Part shown: positions 41,435 to 55,609 of the stretch, one piece after another | Layout of the letters: each line of letters starts with the position of its first letter | How positions within the stretch are numbered: the stretch's first letter is position 1 | Source of the DNA: the human T2T-CHM13v2.0 reference genome, Homo sapiens | Strand: one strand, 5' to 3' | Assembly (NCBI RefSeq): GCF_009914755.1 | Contig: NC_060928.1 | DNA: 64,000 nt | Position numbers and translations under genes: made by a program | The notes under the pieces: model-generated | What the model was told of the DNA's origin: nothing | Databases searched by the model: none | What the model saw: only the letters and a program-made list of their open reading frames with translations

Positions 41435-41952
41435 TGTTATAGACAGAATAATGACCCTCCAATTATGTCCTTGTCCTAATTCTCAGAACCTGTGAATTTG
41501 TTACCCCACGTTTCAATAGGAACTTTGAAGATTTGATCAAGGATCTTAAGGTGTAATGATTATCCTGGATCATGCAAGTGAATCTAATGTAATCACAAGG
41601 GTCCCAATAAATGAAACAAGAAGGCAAGAAAGTCGGGAATGAAGATGTCAAGACTGAAGCAGAGTTCAGAGTAATTTGGTGTAAGAAAGAGTCACCTGGC
41701 TGTTGCTGTCTTTGAAGATGGAAGAGGATCACAAGCTAAGAAATGTAGACAGCCTCTGAAAGGTAGAGAAGGCGAGGAGGCAGATTCTTCTCTACAGTCT
41801 CCAAGGAAGTACAATCGTTCTGATGCCTTGATTTTAGCCCAGTGATATCCATTTTAGAATTCTGATTTCCACAATTTTAAGGTAATATATTTGTGTTTTC
41901 AAAGTCTTCAAGTTTTCCATAATTTGTTATAGCTGCAATGGGAAACTAAACA
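41435..41952 (+). mobile_element. MLT1D-like solo LTR
   Basis: 'tgttatagacagaataatgaccctcc...gattatcctggat...aatgtaatcacaagggtcc...aatttgttatagctgcaatgggaaactaaaca'. Confidence 0.85.
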
Positions 41953-42033
41953 GAAACTTTTTACTGTGGGACAGATGACCACTCCATTCTTCTTTTCCAA
42001 CAGATGAGAACTGGCATTCACCTATCTGCATGT

Positions 42034-42075
<42 letters not shown>

Positions 42076-43869
42076 CAAATTGACAGGACCCAGAGAAGAC
42101 ACAAAATAAGTTGTTGTTGGTTCGCTTAGGGAGCTTGGTTCTTCTCTCTCACACTGCACATATGATGGCAAATCCTGTCCTCTGATTCTCAAATCTGGAA
42201 TCAATGTCTCACTACTTCTTCTTAATCCATCTGATAACACCATAACTTTTCCACTGGATCATCATGGTAGCTTCCCAAATATTCACCCTGAATCCTACCA
42301 CCTACCTTCCCCCTTTAGCTTCACTTCAATTCAATAGCCAAAGTTACCTTATTGAAACTAAAATAATCAACTGTCTTTCCATTTATACAAGTACATTTTT
42401 ATGTCTTTTATGACCGGTAGTTTATATGTAGCCTATTTTTTTGTAGATTTATTTCTTAAATAATCATTCTACTAAAATTAGATTTGAAAGATAACTTTTT
42501 AGATATTTATGGTCTATGCACATCTTTTGATTCATTTCCTCATTGATAATATTATGTACCAAGTTCGTCATTTACTTTCATAACAGTGCTTTTTTTACTC
42601 AAAATATATAAAGCTATGATGCAGACATCTTTATTTTTTAAATAATAATGAATGGAATTTATCTTTATTTAATACTTTTTTATTAAAGTAGTAAAATGTC
42701 CAGGCTTTAGTATAATTTACAAAACTTCCAATGTCTAATTGTGCTTCCTTTTCCTGTTACTAACACTTCATAGCCTGTTCTAAAAAAAAAAACTACATTA
42801 AACCCTAAGCTGTTCCTTCTGTTTTTTTACTCATATATCTTAATGATATAATCATGTTACTATTTCTTTAGTTTTTATATGTACCTATTATTTACAAAAT
42901 TCCCACTATTAAAGGTGAGAATTTTTCTCTTTTAAGTGCCTCATTCAGGTAGGCATATCCTAGTACAGCTGTGAACACACACACACACACACACAGAAAC
43001 ACACAAATTTCTCCTGCTTTCATCTCTCAGTAATGGTGAAATACTCTGTATTTTCCTATTTATTGACTTAATATGATTTATCATTCATATTACAGTCTTG
43101 AAATATACTGTATTTCATCCTCTTTCTTGAATCTTGCTTGCTTTGTTTTCTGTTGAGTGAATAATTACCTTGTGTTTATCTTGTCAATTTTTTACATACT
43201 TTTACTAATTGAACCCCTATTAAATTCAGAACTACAAATCACTCCTTACTATATCAAGCATATCAAGTATCTTATCCTTTTCACGTTAATTTTCTAGGAG
43301 ATCTCCCAACAACAACAACAACAACAACAAAATGTTCCCATGCTGTAATTCGGACTGGTTGGTTTTTTTGGCCTACAGATCAGAGCTGCCTGGAGATTTT
43401 CCTTCATCATCTTCCAGCAACTTTATAAAATTGTATAACATGCAAAGCAATTCCTACATATGCTATAGTTTTTATAAAATATGAATTTGAAATATTTGTA
43501 TGTATATGTTAACAATATTCAATAAGGAAACAAACAAAAAAAAAACCTGATAATATTGTTTGTCTCCAGGAGTGGAAAGAAGATTGAGGCAACTTTTCAA
43601 CGGAATTTTTTTGTACATTTAAATTTTGAACCACGTTATTATATTCCCTGTTCAAAAAATTTAAATAGTAGGCTTTGTAAACATAATGAAATTAATATTT
43701 TTATGTATTATGAGATATTTACACATCTGAGGCCTAGTGTGATGACCATCTAATAATTTAATTATATATACATTTGCCAGCCAGCACACATATAAACATC
43801 AAGCATTTGAATCCTTGTCCTGAATTCTTTCAACAGCTCTCTATTTTAATAATATGTAACAAAGAAGGA

Positions 43870-46450
43870 GGACAACAGTAAGTTTCAGAAATGAAAGATG
43901 ATACCATCTATAGCTGATGCCACAGAAATCAAAATGATTATAAGAGACTACTATGAAAAACTATACACCAAAAAAATTGGATGACCTCGAAGAAACAGAT
44001 AAATTCCTAGAAGCATACAACTTACTGAATCAGGAAGAAATAGAAAATTTGCACAGACCTGTGAAGGGATTAAAGAGATTTAATTTGTATCAAAAAATCT
44101 CCCAACAAAGAAAAGCCCAGAACCAGATGGCTTCACTGAAGAATTCCACCAACATTTAAAAAAACAAATTAACACCCATCCTTCTCAAACTCTTTCAAAA
44201 TATTAAAGAAGAAACTCTTCGGAACACATTTATGAGGCCAGCATTGCTCTGATTACCCTGATATAAAAGCCAAGCAAAGATACTACTAGAAAAGGAAATT
44301 ACTGGCCAATGTCCCTGTTTAATACCGACACAAAAATTCTCAATGAAATACTAGCAAACTGAATAGGATCATATGTCATCATCAAGTGTGATTTCTCTGT
44401 GGGTTGCAAAAATGATTCAACATATGCAAATCAATAAATATGCCACACTATAACAGAACAAAGGATAAAAAATCAAATCATCATATCAATATATGAGACA
44501 AAAGCATTCGACAACATACAAGTACTTTTATAATAAAAACACTGAGTAAACTACAGATAAAAGGAAATGATCTCAACACAATAAAGCCCATATATGGAAA
44601 GCCCACAGCTAACAGACTACTAGACAGTAAAAGACGGAAAGCTTTTCCTTTAAGAGAAGAAACAGACATATGTCCAGTCTTAAAACTTCTATGATACTAG
44701 AAATATTAGTTATAACAGTTAGATTAGAAAAAGAAATAGAAGACCTTCAAATCAAAAAGGAAGAAATAAAATAGTCTATTCCCAGATGACATGGTCTCAA
44801 ATGTATACAACCTTAAGGATTCCACAGAAAAGGTTGAAACTGATAAAATGAATTTTAAAAGTTGCAGAATATAAAATCAACATACAAAATAAGTAGCATT
44901 TCTATATACTAACAATGCATAATCAAAAAAGGAAATTAAGAAAACAATCCCAATTAAAATAAAAAAAGCTTAAAATGCTTAGGAATAAGCTTATCCAAGG
45001 AGGCAAAAGATGTACACTAAAAGCTGTAAAACATTTCTGAAGGAAATTATAGACGCAAATATATGCAAAGACGTCTTATGTTCACAGATTGAATATTTCA
45101 TATTTTAAAATGTCTACCCTACCCAAAGCAATCTGCATATTCAATGCAAGCCCTATTTAAATCCCAATTTTGCAGAATAAAAAACCCAAATCTAAAATTA
45201 AAATGGAACCACAAAAGACTCCACGTTGTCAAAACAATGTTGAAGAAGAAGAAAAATGCTGAATGTCTCACACTTTCTGACTTCAAAATATATTATAAAG
45301 CTAAAGTAATCAAGACAGTATGGTAGATCAATGGAACAGAATAGATATCCCAGAATAAAATCTATGCATAGGTGGACTACACGATAGAGAAAGGATCGGC
45401 TCTTCAACAAATGTTATTGGGAAAAATGATTATTCACATGCAAAATAATGAAATCAAACCATTATCTTACGCCACACACAGAAATTAACTTAAAATGGAT
45501 TAATGACTTAAACAGAGACTGGAAACTATAAAACTCCTAGAAGAAAATACAGAGAAAAATGCTCAACATAAGTAATCGTCAGGGAAATGCAAATTAAAAC
45601 ACAATGCGATTTTATCTCACACCTGTTAGAATGGCTATTATAAAAAAGACAAAATACAACAAATGTTGGCAAGGATATGAGAAAAGGAAACCTGTACATC
45701 ATTTGTAGAAATGTAAATTAGTATAGCCACTATGGAAAACAGTGTGAAGTTTCCTCAGAAAACTAAAAATAGATCTACCACATGACCCAGCAATTGTACT
45801 TCTGGTTATATATCCAAAAGAAAGAAAATCAGTATGTTATAAAATATTTTCACTCCCATGTTTATTGATGCATTATTAAAAATAGCCAACATATGAAATC
45901 AACCTAAGTGCCCATCCACGAATAAATCCATACAGAAAATGTGGTATATATACACAATGGAATACTATTCTGCCTTAAAAATGAAGGTAATCCAGTCATT
46001 CTGTGACAATATGGATTAACCTGTAGAGCATTATGATAAGTAAAATAGGTCAGATATATAGACAAATACTGCATGATCCCACTTACATGCAGAATTTTTA
46101 ACAGTTGAACTTACCAGAGCAGAGAAAAGAATGGTGGTAACCAGGGCCTGATGGGGAGCTGACGGGAAAGGGGAGATGTTGGTTAAAGGGTACAAAGTTT
46201 CAGTTAGACAGGCAGGGTAAGTTCTGGAGACCTATTGTACAGCATGGTGGCTATAGTTAATAATAAAGGATTGCATGTTTTTAAATTACTAAGAGAGCGG
46301 ATTTTAAATGTTTTCACCAGAACAAAAACCATGTGAGGCATGAATACATTAATTAGTTTGATTTGCTCATTTCACAATGGGTATATATATCAAATATCAT
46401 CTACACAATAAATATACAATCTTTGTCAATTAAAAATAAATTTAAAAAAT
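43870..46450 (+). mobile_element. L1MA-type LINE-1, degraded ORF2 (RT region) plus 3'UTR with internal deletions
   Basis: ORF2 peptides (KLDDLEETDKFLEAYNL; LSDFKIYYKAKVIKTVW) and L1MA 3'UTR 'gggtacaaagtttcagttagacagg...ctattgtacagcatggtg'. Confidence 0.9.
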
Positions 46451-46549
46451 AAAGATGTATTTTAAAATGAAGATGTATTTTAAAATGCACAATAAATATA
46501 AAATTTTTGTCAAATTAAAAATAAATTTAAAAAATAAAGATGTTTTTAA

Positions 46550-47095
46550 AAATGTAGTGTATTTTTATGTGTGTATATATGTGAATATGTGTGTGTATAT
46601 GTGTGTATATATGGCATTTTAACCATATATGTGTGTATATATGTACAGAGCAAGTATACATATATGTACATAGCATATATACATAGTACATATTTTTACA
46701 CAACACACACATACAATAAAATATTCAGCCTTAAAAAATAAGTAAATCATGTCAATAATACATGGACAAATCTTGAGGACAAATACTTATTTCACTATGC
46801 TAAGTAAAATAAGCCAGTCACAGAAGGACATATGCTGTATGATTCTACTTGTATGAAGTGACTGAAGTAGTCAAATTCATAGACCCAGAAAGTAGACGTG
46901 CCAGGGGCTAAATGGAAGGAGAAATGGAATAGCTGCTATTCAATGGGTATACAGTTTCAATCATACAAGACAAAAACTTCTAGAGATCTAGAACATTGTA
47001 TAACAACATACATTTAGTTAATGGTAGTGTACTGTACACTTAAAATGTGTTTAAAATTATATGTCATTACGTGTATTTTACCAAAATTAAAAAGA
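46550..47095 (+). mobile_element. L1MB-type 3'UTR fragment with TA/TG-rich expansion
   Basis: 'atgctaagtaaaataagccagtcacagaaggaca...gtagtcaaattcatagac...ctgtacacttaaaat'. Confidence 0.75.
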
Positions 47096-47099
47096 AAAC

Positions 47100-48080
47100 A
47101 ACTAAAAACTTCTGTTCTCTAAAAGACAGTTATAAGAATAAAATAGAAAGCCACAGATTAAGATACTTGTAAATCATATGTCTGATAAAAGATTTGTATT
47201 CAGAAAACATAAAGAAGTCTGAAAACAATATAAAAACAAACAGCCTATCCCATAAAAAGGACAAAGAATATGAACATTTTTTCAAAGAAGATATAAAGAT
47301 GGCAAATAGCACCTGAAAATACATTCAATGTCCTTAGTCATTAAGGAAATGCAAATTGAAATCCTAAGTAGATATCAATATACATCCATTAGAATGGCTA
47401 ACATAAAAAAAAAAAAAACCTGACAATAACAGGTAATAGTAAGGGTACAGAGTACCTGGAGTTCTCATTCATTGTGTGCAGGCATGCAAATGGCTCAACT
47501 TAAAAAAAACAGCTGGGCAGTTTCTTATAAACATACGTTTACTATTATTACCCAGCAATCTCACTCCTATGTATTTACCCAAAAGAAATAAAGTAGTCAT
47601 ACAAAAACCCATACAGGAATGTTTATAGCAACTTTCTTCATAATTGCTCCACAATGGAAATAATCTAGATGCACTTTAATTGGTAAATGGATGAACACAT
47701 TGTACTATAACCATACAATGAAATACTACTCAACAGTAAAATGTAATTAACTGCTCATACGAAAGCAAATGTAAATGAATCTCAATTGCATTATGCTGAA
47801 TGACAGAAGCCAGATCCAAAAGGCAGAATTATCTTTATTACCAATTAAATGACATTCTGGAAAAAGCAAAATTATAATGATTACCAGTTTGCAAGAGTTT
47901 GAAGGTTGGGGGCAGGACTGACTCCAAAAAAACAGCATGAGAAAATTTTGGAAGGTGATCAAACTGTTCTATATCTTGCTTGTTGTAGGGGTTATAAGAC
48001 TGTGCATTTGTCAAATTTCATAGAACTGTACACCCAAAAAGATAAATATTAGTAAACATAAATTTAAAGTAATTTTTTTA
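47100..48080 (+). mobile_element. Older L1M (MC/ME-type) 3' region
   Basis: 'aaaacttctgttctctaaaagaca', 'ggaaatgcaaattgaaa', 'gaatctcaattgcattatgctgaatgacagaagccag'. Confidence 0.75.
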
Positions 48081-49319
48081 AATTAAAAATCATAGCATAT
48101 GAAGAAATGGAGCCTCTGTACATCTGTTTTGTCTTCTTTTTTATTTCACCTGCTCAAACACTGCATCCCTCCATACAAGCATAATCTGTATAGTCACACA
48201 TGACTGTATTTGTTACTTCAGTTTTTCAATTCCAGTGACCTTTTAATGTTTATTTTTTCTTTCCATGGGTCACCTGCTTTTCTTTTACAGAGTAGTATAT
48301 TTGTTATGAATTATTTTATGTTATTTCATCCAAAGCTTCCCTCCACCTTCCAGGCCAATCAACATGCCTTTCCTGTGGACTCCCATACATCCCATATGCA
48401 TTTTCTTTGTGCTGTTCATTTTAATAAATTACCATTGCTTACTTTTGGGAATACTCATCATACTAAAGCAATTTATTACCAATGCCTTACCTAATGTCTA
48501 AAAGAGAAAAGGCATTTGAAAGAAATATTTCAAATGAAGAAACATAAATAAAGAGTGTCATTATTAGAAGAAATTAGATATATACCAAATTGCCATTTTT
48601 GTCTTTAAAAATTTCGTAATATAGGCATATTATATGTTAACATTTCCTAACTCCTAATTCTACGGCCTACCTATCTGAAACACATTTCTTTTCTTTTCTT
48701 TTTTTTCTCTAAGGCAGAGATCAGGAAAGTGTATTATCTACTCTAAGATAAATAGATTATTTTTGTGGCTTTGGAATTGTCTAATTCAGAGATACACTTC
48801 TAAATCCAATCTAAAGTTTAACTCAATGAAATATTTTCGAGATTTTTGGAGTTCTACCACACAATAAGGCTAGCACACAAATAACTACTTCTGCAACTTT
48901 AAATTACTTTATGTATTTATTGAAAAACTTGGCAGGGTTCATAGATAAATTTTCAATCTTCATTTTGTATATATCTGACAATACCCCCAGACTACAGAAT
49001 TTCAGCAGAAGATATTAGGTCCCCATATATCTTGGTTGGAAGTGATGTTTCTTAATCACTTCTACTTTTTAAAACACCTGTACTAGGTAACTAAAGTTAT
49101 AATCCAAGGACAACATTAAAAAGAAGATAGAATGCTCTTCACTTCCCAATGTGCTTGCAAATTGATCAGCATATTCAACTTGAACTTGATGGCCAAGAAT
49201 CATGACTTAGGCATGTATAATTAGTTTATAATAACAGAAATGATAATCTGTTTAATATCTCAACATTTTGATAGATGAGTTTTTAAAAATTGTGTTTAAG
49301 TATTATCTTCTAACACAGA

Positions 49320-49356
<37 letters not shown>

Positions 49357-49705
49357 ACATTGGATGGAATGAGAGATGTATGCGGGGGTACGTCATAAGA
49401 CACTGGACTATTCAACTTCAGTGAACATTCAAAAAAAATCATTATTTTATTCTAAGAAAGTACTTGCTGAAAATAAGGGTCATTTGTGCTAAACATAGTA
49501 GAGAGATACCTAAAACTTAATTTTTATAGTTTAATTTTGCTAAACATTATGCATTCTTTAGTTTTAATTCTGAAAAGATATTTCCTCTTTCTTGTGTCCA
49601 GTTGTACCATCCTAATGCTAAAATCTGAATAGAGAACACATTTACCAGTCTTATGTTTTAACATTTTCATATATTTGCTCTATTAAAAACAAATATGCAA
49701 ACAAG

Positions 49706-49940
49706 GCCTTGCCCTGCCCAGCCTTCCCTTCCCTTCCCTTCCCTGTCTTGTCTGTCTGTCTGTCTTGTCTTGTCTTGTCTTGTCTTTCCTTTCCTTTCCT
49801 TTCCTTTCTTTCCCTTTCCTCCCCTTCCCCTTCCCCTTCCCTTCCCTTCCCTTCCCTTCCCTTCCCTTCCCTTCCCTCCCCTTCCCTTCCCTTCCCTTCC
49901 CTTCTCTTTTCTTTCTTTTCTTTTCTTTTCTTTTCTTCTT
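49706..49940. repeat. Polypyrimidine compound microsatellite (CCCTT/GTCTT/CTTTT)n, expanded Alu tail
   Basis: Directly visible and contiguous with the tail position of the reverse Alu. Confidence 0.92.
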
Positions 49941-49944
49941 CAGC

Positions 49945-50207
49945 ATCTGGCTCTGTCACCCAGGCAGGAGTGCAATGGCAGGACCATGGCTCACTGTAGC
50001 CTCAACCTCTTGGGCTCCATTTATTCTCCTGCCTCAGACTCCTGAGTAGCTGGTACTACAGGTGTGCACCACCACACCAGAGTAATTTTCATACTTTTTG
50101 TAGAGATACGGTCTCACTGTGTTGCCCAGGCTGGTCTGGAACACCTGGGCTTGAGTGATCCTCCTGCTTTAGCCTCCCAAAGTGCTGGGATTATAGGCAT
50201 GAACCAT
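49945..50207 (-). mobile_element. AluJ element
   Basis: AluJ diagnostics 'catggctcactgtagcctcaacctc', 'gtgttgcccaggctggtct', 'gtgatcctcctgc'. Confidence 0.9.
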
Positions 50208-51645
50208 CTACTGTTCTCAGTCATTGATGGACAGTGAGAAGAGCAAGTATTAGCATAAACATGATAGCAGATCCAAACGGACAGGAGCTGATAGAAGCTG
50301 TCAGTCCACTATGTTCTTCTAGTCGTTCTCTTGATGGAAATTACAGCAGCACACCTACATGGCCATCACAGTTCACCTCTTGTTATACTTAGGTCCACTT
50401 CTTCATCTATACTTGGAAGCAGCTACTTCATGGTTCTCTAAGAGGGAACTTAGCAAAGGAAAGTTAGTGAGTTGAATTGTAGCCATCGTCCTTGCAGTTA
50501 CTCTTGGGAACACACCTGTTACTCATGTACTTTATCTCTTATTGGACACTCTACATTCTCTGTATATCTAAATCCTCACCTTCAGCTATCATCTCCACAG
50601 GTTTTGGTGTCTTATGTGGTAGTGTGAATGAAACCTATATTCCAGGTAGTAAGGCCCTTTGGCAACCATTCTTCCCAGGTCAAGTTGCTTTATATGTCCA
50701 GAAAGTATGGAAAAGGGCTCAAGTAAATCAACTAGCATCCACAAGTATTTCTTCATGTCCTCACTGTGTAAAACAGCCCAAAGTCCTCTGGCTGAGTAGG
50801 GTCAATTACCCCAGTCAGGATGGTGACTTCTTGTCTGATGGCTGCAGAATAAAATGCTCTGACAAAAGCAGCAGTTTATAGTTAAATGGAACTATTATGA
50901 TGTCCACATCAAGAATGTACTTATTTGGGGGATAAATAGCTTCAGTTCTGAAGATCCCAAACATGGAGGGACCAAAAGCACAAAATTCCTAGGGGTTATT
51001 GGATATCAGTGAAAGAAGGGCCACTCCTGTTTGTAATCTTACATTCCTGGACCTATCTATTCTTTTCATTATGGACACAATGCCATAGAGAGATCTCTGA
51101 TTCGATGCATGTACTGCATCCTGAAGGGTGGAATTTCTTCTTTACAAAATGTTATCTCAATGCTACTACTTCAGCTGTACCTTTTGTAGGCAATTCCAAA
51201 AGTGTATGAGACTAGGTGCATTAGCATGATACAGTATGTGACATAGCCAGTGGAACCCATACCCATGGTTATGGGACCACTGCTGTGCCTCCTTCACGTG
51301 AAAATTCTTCCTGGTTACTAGCCATGTCTTGTCATATGGGAGTTTATACCAATGTATCAGGTATAGCGTAAACCTCCAGATAATTGGCTAGCTGAGGTTG
51401 TTTGGGTAGAAAATGTAAGTTCATATATTAAATATGCCTACAGCTATGAGAATGAACTGTTGGCCTTTCTAAGACAGAAATGATGTGATGTAATCTACTT
51501 TCCACCAAAGGCCTGGTTGGTCTCCTTAAACTATAATTCAGTATCAGGAATTCAGAATTATGCAGCATTCTCAGTATTATGGAGAACTGCACTACTTGTT
51601 CATGAAGTTTGCCTGTCCTCTCTGGTCCATTCAAGTTCAATGCCT
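50208..51645 (-). mobile_element. Ancient ERVL-class provirus: partial 3' LTR (~50208-50380), PPT-like junction and integrase remnant
   Basis: Minus strand 'caagaggtgaac|tgtgatggccatg' junction. Integrase-like 'atggctagtaaccaggaagaattttcacgtgaaggaggcacagcagtggtcccataaccatggg' resembles IASDQGTHFTAKEVRQWAHAHG. Confidence 0.65.
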
Positions 51646-51704
51646 CTGGTGGTATTATGAATGGAATTATGTAACCCCCAAAAATATATATATATTGGAG
51701 TCAG

Positions 51705-52670
51705 ATCCTCAATAGCTGGGACAATTAAGCTGGACACTGCATTTTTCTCCATACCTATTAATAAAGATCATCGAAAGCAGTTTCATTTCTGTTAAAAGGA
51801 CTAGCATTTGGCTCCCTTGCTCTACTTTAGCATTATGTCAACTCTCCAGCCTATGTCATGTCCTAGGCTGCAGAGACCTTGATTGATTTTCTAGTGTACG
51901 AGCCCAAGAACCAAAGAAGGCTTGTCAATAGATACAGGCTGCCATGCAAGCTGCTCCACAATTTGGGCCATGTGAGTTAACAGACCTGTTGTTGCTTGAG
52001 ATGTAAGTTGCAAATAGGATGCTTTATGGAGGCTTTGACAGGGAGTTATAGATGGATCACAGGGCAAAGGCTTAGAATTTGGGAGCTAAGCAATATTATC
52101 TTCTACTCTATGCCTAACCACTCTTCTTTTGAAAAATAGCCTTTGTCTTGTTATCAGAACTCCGTAGAGACCAAATGCTTTATCATGGGTTATCAAGTCA
52201 ATATGTGACCTGAACTGCCCATCAGAAACTGGGTATTGTCTGACTCCTCAACCCATAAAGTTGGGCGTTCACAGCAGTGCTCCATAAATTGAAAGTAGCA
52301 TATATGAGATCAGCTTTAAGCATGCCCTGAAGGCACAAGTGAATGAGGAAGTAACACAAATCCACACTTCATATACTCCTGCTGCACTGGCTTCTCTTTC
52401 TCAATCCACACATTTACGTTGAACAGTTGGTTGAGGAAGAAAAACTCAAGCTTGGTTTCCAGATGGTTCTGCACAATATGTAGGCACCATGCAAAGATGG
52501 ACAGTTTGAGTACGATTGCACCAATCCAGGATGACCCTGAAAGGCAAGGCTGATGGTAAATTCTCCTAATGAATAGAAATTCAAGTAGCACAGCTGGTTA
52601 TTCATTCTGGCGGGAAGGAGGGGTGACCACAGCTATGGATCCTCGCAAGTTTATGGGGTGTGGCTTTGCA
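51705..52670 (+). mobile_element. Ancient ERVL-class pol remnant (RT and RNase H), sense orientation
   Basis: Degraded AFFSIP..KDHRKQF, 'caggctgccatgcaagctgct' (QAAMQAA), 'gaactgcccatcagaaactgggtattgtctgac' (ELPIRNWVLSD) and 'cataaagttgggcgttcacagcag' (HKVGRSQQ). Confidence 0.8.
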
Positions 52671-53459
52671 ATTTCAAGCATCTAACAAAGAAATCAGAAA
52701 CTACAGAGGTTTGTTTCTAGTTATTATAATTTAATAAAATCATTACACCTATGTTATTTCTCCATGTTTACTATTTAGGGATCTCCTGTATGTTTTGGAA
52801 GTTTATAAGTTAGTGTTTTCAAGAATTGAAAGGGTGAGTAGAAAATCTCAATTTATAGCCAGATTTGCATTACACTTGAAGAACCCTGAGAAATATTTCA
52901 GGTTTTGGTAACTAATGAATAACAACATAATAATAATAAGGAGAAGAAAAAGCAGACACAGGTGGAGAAGGAAAAGAGTAGGAGGAGAACAACATTACCA
53001 GATTGTTGAATCTCAGTCCACTGCGGTATAAATGTGAAAAGATTACAGTTGTCTTGTTGCTCTTAAGTGTACTCTGTTAAATCTTTCATCCTTATGAAGT
53101 TACAGGAACTCTTCATACTTGAGACAGATTCCATCACCTTTCACCTTTTTTGGCTTTTAAATTTTAGTTCAGTCAATTTTTAGACTTGAATCACCTATCA
53201 TATCCAATGTTCTCCTCCTCCTTCATCACGAGGAAGTCTAATGTCGCACAGTAAATGGTTTTCTCTCTCACATTTCTCCATTTCTTTTTCATATTTCTTC
53301 TTCTCTCAGTTTCTATATTTTTAGAGCACTTTATACCAGTATACTTCACTCTAGCCACAAAGGGAAGCTGGGGAAAAAAAGAAGAAGAGACTTGCCTCTA
53401 AACATTCTCCAATCTTCACCTATAGGATGACTAGTTACAACTTGCTTTTCTCTATGCAC

Positions 53460-53595
53460 TGTCTGTCTATCTATCTATCTGTCTGTCTGTCTGTCTTTCT
53501 ATCTATCTAATCATCTATCTTGTCTATCCATTCATCCATCCATCCATCCATCCATCCACCCATCCATCCATCCATCTATCATCGCATCTATCTGT
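53460..53595. repeat. Compound tetranucleotide STR (TCTG/TCTA/TCCA)n
   Basis: Directly visible. Confidence 0.92.
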
Positions 53596-53938
53596 ATGTT
53601 CATGGAAAACTAAGATTATAAATGAGGTGATTGAAATTTTTACAGCACATATGCAGTCTTAAGATATCTTTCTAAGACCCCTTTTGGGATATTAATACAG
53701 TTGAACTTGTAGCACTCTATGAATACCTAGTGTTCTAGGATTATTTCAAAAGCATGGTGATGATTAAGCCCCTTGTATGTTGCATTATATGGATAAAAAG
53801 AAATAGCTATCAATATGGCTGCAGTAGACATTAAAGATAATTTAGACAAGAGAACTAAAGTGATTCAACCAAATTAACCGTGAACTGAGACTAGAATTCT
53901 CTCTTATTTCCTATATCAATTTGTAAAATATGAATTAA

Positions 53939-54283
<345 letters not shown>

Positions 54284-55609
54284 TAGATTTTTTATTCCCA
54301 CTTATAAAGTACATGGGTATAGAGCCTGGCTATTTCATGTGTTGTATGTAAGAAGTGCAATAAAAATAAATAAATGTTTCCTAGCATTTGTGCCATATGC
54401 ATCCTAAAGACAAAATATCATTAGGTCAGAAAAAAAGAGTTTAACTGAAGATATTATCAGAAAATCTCTAGAGTTGACGGATGAGACCGAAACAAAGCCT
54501 GGATAAGAAACCTCAGCAAATGGAGTCAGGGGTTCAAACACCATTCTCTCTCTTTCTGTGTCTCTCAGCTTCCTTGGCTACCTCTCTTTTTCTCTTTAAT
54601 CATGAGTTTATTCTAGCCATGGTTAAAATGACTACTTCAGCAAGACTTCTTTACAAGACAGTGATCAGAGCCCCACAACCAGAATAAGAAGGGATTATAG
54701 AATTATTAAGGCAAACTTCAGTGCCTGCACAATGAAATGAGAAGAAAGGACACAAATAGATTTACATTGGGCATATTCCTACCCATCAGCTATTTACAAT
54801 GGCTGTGATGGTGGGGTGAGGCGGTCAGAAAGTGGGTTGCTTTCAGGCCTCTTCACTTTTCTAGGGTAATGATGAATCATTTCTGAAAGTGGTAGAGGTT
54901 GAAAACTTATGGCCGCTGGACAGAAAGATCATTGTGAGCTAAATAGGTACTCCCGACTTCCCCCATTAGAGTTTACTACATCTAATTAAAACAATGTACT
55001 GGATAAAAGAATGCTCAAAGATAATCAATAAGGATAGGCTTCCAACACCATGGACTACTGCTAGTGTCTTAGTTGCAAGAAAGGGGCAATTTCACTGAGA
55101 AGTTTTCTTCATTTGATTCTGAAAAGGTCATTGGTATTTACATTCCAAATGAATTCACAAAGTAATATGAAAATGCTTAGAGATTTTGAGTTGTATGAAT
55201 GGTTTTAAATATTCCTGCAGAGCATAACAACACAGCCGACAGAGAAGCCTCAGCCCCCTGCTTGGCACAGCTGCATTTATTACATGCCACATTAGGAATA
55301 AAAGAGCAAATTTGACATTAAATTATCAAAAAGAAGGGATCATCTCTTTTTCTCACATTGCTGCACATTTTTAGCTCACGTGTCTTGGTAAATATGTGGT
55401 CAACTCTTCTGAGATAAGTACGGTATTACCTTGGCAAATAAAATATATCATTAAAAATGAACAAAATTTAATTTTACATTCAAGGTTTTAAGATAAATAG
55501 ATTAATAGCATTAAATTTATGTATGTTTTAAAATTCATCAGTAATTTTTATGCCATATTATATGTGTGGCTTCTGAAGAAATATTTTAACCTCATTTAAT
55601 TTTTCAGCT

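Noticed and set aside
42039-42073. Isolated ~35-nt poly(A) run, also runs at ~10344 and poly(T) at ~15630
   Set aside because: No clear TSD or upstream retro-element body, so they cannot be distinguished from slippage-expanded homopolymers.
49651-50049. Overlapping low-complexity ORFs (EGKGR, PFPSL repeats)
   Set aside because: Translations of the pentanucleotide microsatellite.
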